The notes below the pieces were generated by a model that saw only the letters and a list, made by a program, of their open reading frames with translations, ran no database searches and was not told the DNA's origin. A DNA stretch of 64,000 nucleotides from Phoronis australis (lineage: Eukaryota > Animalia > Phoronida), in the NCBI GenBank assembly GCA_002633005.1, contig NMRA01000345.1:1-64000 (forward strand), in the 5' to 3' direction. This document shows, piece after piece, positions 47,750 to 64,000 of the stretch. Each line of letters opens with the position of its first letter. Positions within the stretch are counted from its first letter, which is position 1. The position numbers and the translations under genes are program-made.

Positions 47750-50112
47750 CCTCGATGAATGATGAACACTGAGACGCTGTCGACTGGGCCTCTGATGCAC
47801 AAAAACCCGACGACGTTATTTGATCGACAGTGCGAAATTACCTTTCTTTCCAAGAATGAATTCCGACTATATACTCTGCAAAGTACGAAGGCCCTGCCGG
47901 CAATCGACTACAAAGCTGGGCAGATCTAGGCCAACAGATAGCATTTAATTACACAGTGAGCAGTTTACTTGTTTCAGTATGATGGGGGAGCGTTTCATAC
48001 AGTATTTTCATGAGATTGCGTGAGACACGGATCAGGGTTAATAAAATATACAGGCTTGCCATCACCGCCTAAGGGACATACGGGTAACTAAGTATACTAA
48101 TAATTATTGCATTGCATCAAATGATGTGTTATACCAGTGAAAAACACGAAAGGGAAATCAAATTAAACTCATTTTGACATCATAGGACTCAACGCGCCGC
48201 ATCCGTCCCCCTAATAATTTTAATGCGCCACGACCATATGTTCGCAAGTCGCCCGCGAACGATTTTTAAATTAGTGTTCGTGAAATTCACGAAAACTACG
48301 TGGTGCAGAACACTTAACCAGTAACGCCTACTGCCTTTTGAATTATCTATGGCATGAGTGCTAATGTTCCTGTAGGCCTATGTCAAAATCTCAACAGGTT
48401 CAGCGGAAACACAATTTCGATATCATCCTGAGTCTATTTGATGAATGTTTGCACTTTCGTTACGATGAACACCAAGGTTTGGCTCCATTTTATCAAAATT
48501 CGTTGACCTGATTTCAGCTGTAGTCTTACTGTCTTAAAACTGCCATATAACCCTACGCCTGTCGAAAAGGTATAACCTTGTTTTTAACCAAGACCACTTA
48601 AGCCTTTTGTTATTAAACTGCTCTCAATTTGACCCTTATTAAGGTTGTAATGGATTTGTAGGCTTGAAAAGAACTGGCAGTTATCGTTCCAAAAAACTGA
48701 CTGTCGCCATTGCTTGAGATACTGCTCCAGTCAATGAATAGTCTGGTACCAGTAATGATGTTCCTGTAGCTTGACCCGCCGCGGCGGCTGGTCATTTTAA
48801 GCGCAGAACATGGCGTTAAACAATTACAAAATAAAGTTATTTATCAAACCATTTCTAATTAAAAGCTGACACCCTGGTAACGCGATTATGTTTTCCTTGT
48901 TCCGTAAAGAAAAGTACATCTGTACTCACCTGAAGATGATTTATCGCCAGTTATGTGCAACCCATATATTTACAAAGAATTTCTTCGTTGTTGCGGTAAT
49001 TTCTAAATTCTCAACACTAGAGACTGTTTGATATTTGTTGTAAGCGGGACCCAGGGGATGAAAGTCACTAACGGAGAATACGCTTCATTGCTCGAAAAAG
49101 AAATTTTGTTTCATGAACCTGACATACTCAGGATGTGAGCTCGTCCGTCCGCAAGATGGCATACCCTTACTATATGGCCGGCTACATTACGAGTACGTAG
49201 TGTCTCAGATAATGCGTTTCCGTTTCAGCTCTCTGGTTGATTTCGACCAATGATAAGCGCTGAGTGGAATGTGGGAATGCATTCAGTAATTTCAATTTTT
49301 GCATTTTTCTCATTTGTTTAACAAAAGGGGGAACAGCATCTTAATTGACCTACCCTTATGAAAATAGTTCAGTGCCTGAGCGAAATGTTACTTATTACAT
49401 ATTTGTCTATATAATTAAGAAATAATTTGATACGTATTTAATACTTAAAAGTTACTTTTATTGTGGTAGCAACGTTTAAGTAATGCATAGGAATGTGTAT
49501 CGTTAGTATAATTCAAATGCATTGAACCGGATGTGTGCAGTCAATCGCGTCACTGCCACTGAGCAGCAGTTTAGCGGGGGGTAAGGGGGGTTTAGGATTC
49601 GAGCGAATCCGAGGCGCGTAGCCGCCGAGCAGGAAGGTCGGGAGGGGTTTCCCCCCTCCGTGTAAGATTTTTTGTGGTTTTTAGTAGCTGATTTCGTTTT
49701 TCTGGCGAATTTTTTCCTTTTTATTTTTGATCCTGTCCCGAGAGGGTGGTTTGAATCCCCTGAAGCCCCCTGTAGATCCGCCTCTGCGATTAGACCATTA
49801 AGCTGACCCGAAGTACAACTATTGCTCACGAATATTCAACAGTGTATCTGGAAAGTTGCTTATTTATGGTGGCAGCTATTTTGAATCACGGAGAAAAAAT
49901 CTCGGACTAACATTTTATCTAAGCTGAGTGGCTGAAATTTCTTACGTTGTCAAAAGATCGACTTTTCCGTTCATTTATTCTATACTCAGATAGACTAAAC
50001 AAAATCTGAGAGTTCTATATCACTGATACCTTCAGGAGCCACAATGCCTTGATTAAGCCACACGAGGGCGCTGCGAAGAGGCGTACAGAGGTCGCTGCAA
50101 AACTTTGCCAGA

Positions 50113-50128
50113 CACTTCCGTTTCCGGC
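50113..50128 (+). promoter_or_regulatory. Tandem ETS-like motifs (cacttccgtttccggc) just upstream of the USP14 ATG; repeated at ~57269
   Basis: CTTCCG/TTCCGG cores ~30-40 bp upstream of the ATG, typical of housekeeping promoters. Confidence 0.4.
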
Positions 50129-50152
50129 GATTCAGCAAAACTTCAAATCAAC

Positions 50153-54777
<4,625 letters not shown>

Positions 54778-55215
54778 TGAGTTCACAGGTCCCAATCATG
54801 CCCTCTACAGCCCTATCTTGTAGTCTCCTCATCAACTACTTTATCAGCTCTGCTGAGCAGTGACTTTTGAAAAAAGTTGATGAGCATCTTCTCATTGAAA
54901 AATCAATGGAGTTTCAAAGGAACAGTTTTGATTTAAGGTTACAAACTTAAAGTGATGAAAAATGCATCATAAGAATATGCCAATGCCTGGCTATTTGAAT
55001 TTGTGACCAGAGTCTGGTGAAGTGAAAACGTGGCTTAGAGATGTGCTATGGGCAATGGAAAACGTAGATCTTATATTTTGAACAAGAGTCTTCAATAAGT
55101 ACAGGTGTTCAGTTTGAACTGCATCCAATCACAGAGACGCTTGCATCTTGTGGTTTGGGATCACCCACCAGATTCTATTTTCACTCTTTGAGATGATAAC
55201 CTTACTTGTTATGGG

Positions 55216-55340
55216 CATCTGCGTTGATGTTTTTCAATATTAGTGCAGTATTGTTATAAACATCTGCGTTGATGTTTTTCAATATTAGTGCAGTATTGTT
55301 ATAAACATCTGCGTTGATGTTTTTCAATATTAGTACAATA
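55216..55340. repeat. 45-bp tandem repeat x~3 (single copy in copy B)
   Basis: catctgcgttgatgtttttcaatattagtgcagtattgttataaa. Confidence 0.9.
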
Positions 55341-55558
55341 AAACCAGCGATGTGAAAGTTGAGGATTTCTATTTAAATAAGGTGTTTTGTGAGTATTTTG
55401 GAGCACACGAGAATTATGCATAGCTATGCTGTCAGTGAAGATGCACTGGTCTGTTTTCGTTCAGATATATTAAGGCGTTGCAATACTTCCCTGCCAGATT
55501 TCTTTGGTTAATTGCTTCATTACTTAAGAGTTATAATGTATGAATTCAGTGCATTACA

Positions 55559-56400
55559 TTTTTATGCGCTCACATATTGATATGTGGACGCATTATGCCA
55601 TCATCTCCGTCCGTCCGGCGTTCGCTGCTCTATCTCCAAAACGCCTTGACGTATGTTCATGAAATTTTGCACATGTGTTCCTTTCGTTGATGGGACGGCA
55701 TGAGCGAATTTTCAGACCAATCCAACTACCGGTGTGCCCCCTAGTGGCAATTTAATTTTTACGTTTACCTCTGTATCTTCAAAAGTCCTGAACGGATTTT
55801 TGTAAAATTTGCTATATAAACACCTATTAGTGAGATGACGCTGTCCTGTCGTTTTCGGATGAATTCAACGTAGTTTGCGCCACCTAGTGGCCATTTTTAC
55901 TGTTTTTTGCGTCCACCCCTCTATCAACCAAACTGCTCAAAGGATGATTGTGAAAATTGGCACGTATGTTCTTACTATGAAGTGGACGGCTGACGATGAT
56001 TTTTCGAGGATTTCGACTACTATGGCACCTCCTAGTGGCAGTTTTTTTTTGCACCTATGGCTGTACCTCCTAAACCGTTCGAAGAATCTTTACTAAATTT
56101 AATAAGTGTATTTATATGATGTTGACAGCAGACGACGACGACTTTCAGACATATCTGACAACTGGTGCGCCACCTAGTGGCAATTTTATTTTTTTACATG
56201 CTACCCCTGTATGTTCAAAGGTCCTCAACTTATTTTCATAAAATTTGGCATACAAGCATCTTTTAATGAGGTGACGCTATCCCTCTGTTTTCAAATGGAT
56301 TCGACGTTGTTTGCGCCACCTATTGGCCATTGTTACTGTTTTCGAGTCTGTTTTTTGGTGTCCACTTGTGTATCAACCAAACCGCTTTCAGGATTCTTGT
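55559..56400 (+). mobile_element. HINE/Helentron-type element with internal satellite, copy A (cut by N)
   Basis: T-run, tgcgctca/tggacgca short IR, (ccgt)n microsatellite, ~147-bp core repeats. Confidence 0.65.
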
Positions 56401-56401
56401 N

Positions 56402-63390
<6,989 letters not shown>

Positions 63391-64000
63391 GTTAGTAACT
63401 TACTGATACTGCATTCCCCTGGTGGAGTTTTAAAAGAAGGCAGGTAGGATGTTTAGTCCGAAGGCAGATCAGATGCTTTAAGTATACATTTGCGGAGGCA
63501 TCCCGTCTGCCGTCTGATGAATGATTAGCATAACGTTTACGTTCTGGCCAATTGCATGGAGTCACTATGCGAGGCAAATCCTTCACCAAATATCACAACA
63601 TTGGAATGTATGATTTTTTTGGTAAGAAACCTGATCTGCCATCTGATTTGGGGTTGGGTGCTAACAAGAAATATCAGCCGTCTGACGGGTGTTCACACGG
63701 GAAGTTTTGCAGATGGCATGTCAGCCGTCTGATCATAAAGCAGACCAGAAGCAATGTGAATGCAGAAATATCTTAGCATTGTCACCAGGGACTGATTTCA
63801 TTTACTCGAGGTTGCAGCTAAAGCTGTCATATTAAATATACTGACATGCAGTTCATTTTCAAGCTGCTTGTGAAGTTGACCATTTTGTGCCTATGACCAT
63901 TTCTGCTGCAACTGGACATACTATTCTGATAAAACATGTCACTAGCACATAAATTTTGAGAGTCAACAAAAACGTGTGAGCACTGATTGATTTTTACATT

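Noticed and set aside
49503-49829. 108-aa ORF seen twice (also 56659-56985)
   Set aside because: It overlaps a GC-rich MITE-like repeat, and its recurrence is due to the duplicated segment.

Overview
This is eukaryotic (metazoan, probably a heterozygous invertebrate) draft-assembly DNA with AT-rich, repeat-dense introns. It holds three spliced protein-coding genes. (1) NUP155 on +: 27 distinct exons from 3202 to the stop at 33512, with the 5' end outside the window, one exon cut by an N, and three exons repeated after an N at 30733. (2) A TMEM26-like gene on -: three coding exons, 47749 to 35066, 308 aa. (3) USP14 on +: exons 1-4 at 50153-54776, then again from exon 1 at 57309 to exon 6 at 63390, running off the window. 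The two N-joined duplications look like uncollapsed haplotypes, and they expose insertion polymorphisms directly. The most notable signals are as follows. A 1.6-kb TTAA-flanked Kolobok-type element, present in only one USP14 copy, carries convergent THAP-transposase and KolX/P2X7-ballast-like remnants; its 147-bp TIRs each hold an inward ETS-CRE motif, and TGA codons sit at two THAP zinc-ligand positions. A second THAP/Kolobok relic lies in TMEM26. A ~1.6-kb inverted duplication brackets TMEM26 exon 2. A Helentron-type (HINE) repeat forms an array of co-oriented CTCF-like motifs at ~147-bp spacing. A NUP155 splice donor is tandemly multiplied. A hairpin MITE with a 9-bp TSD sits in the NUP155 3' UTR. 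All calls come from reading the sequence by eye; no searches were run.
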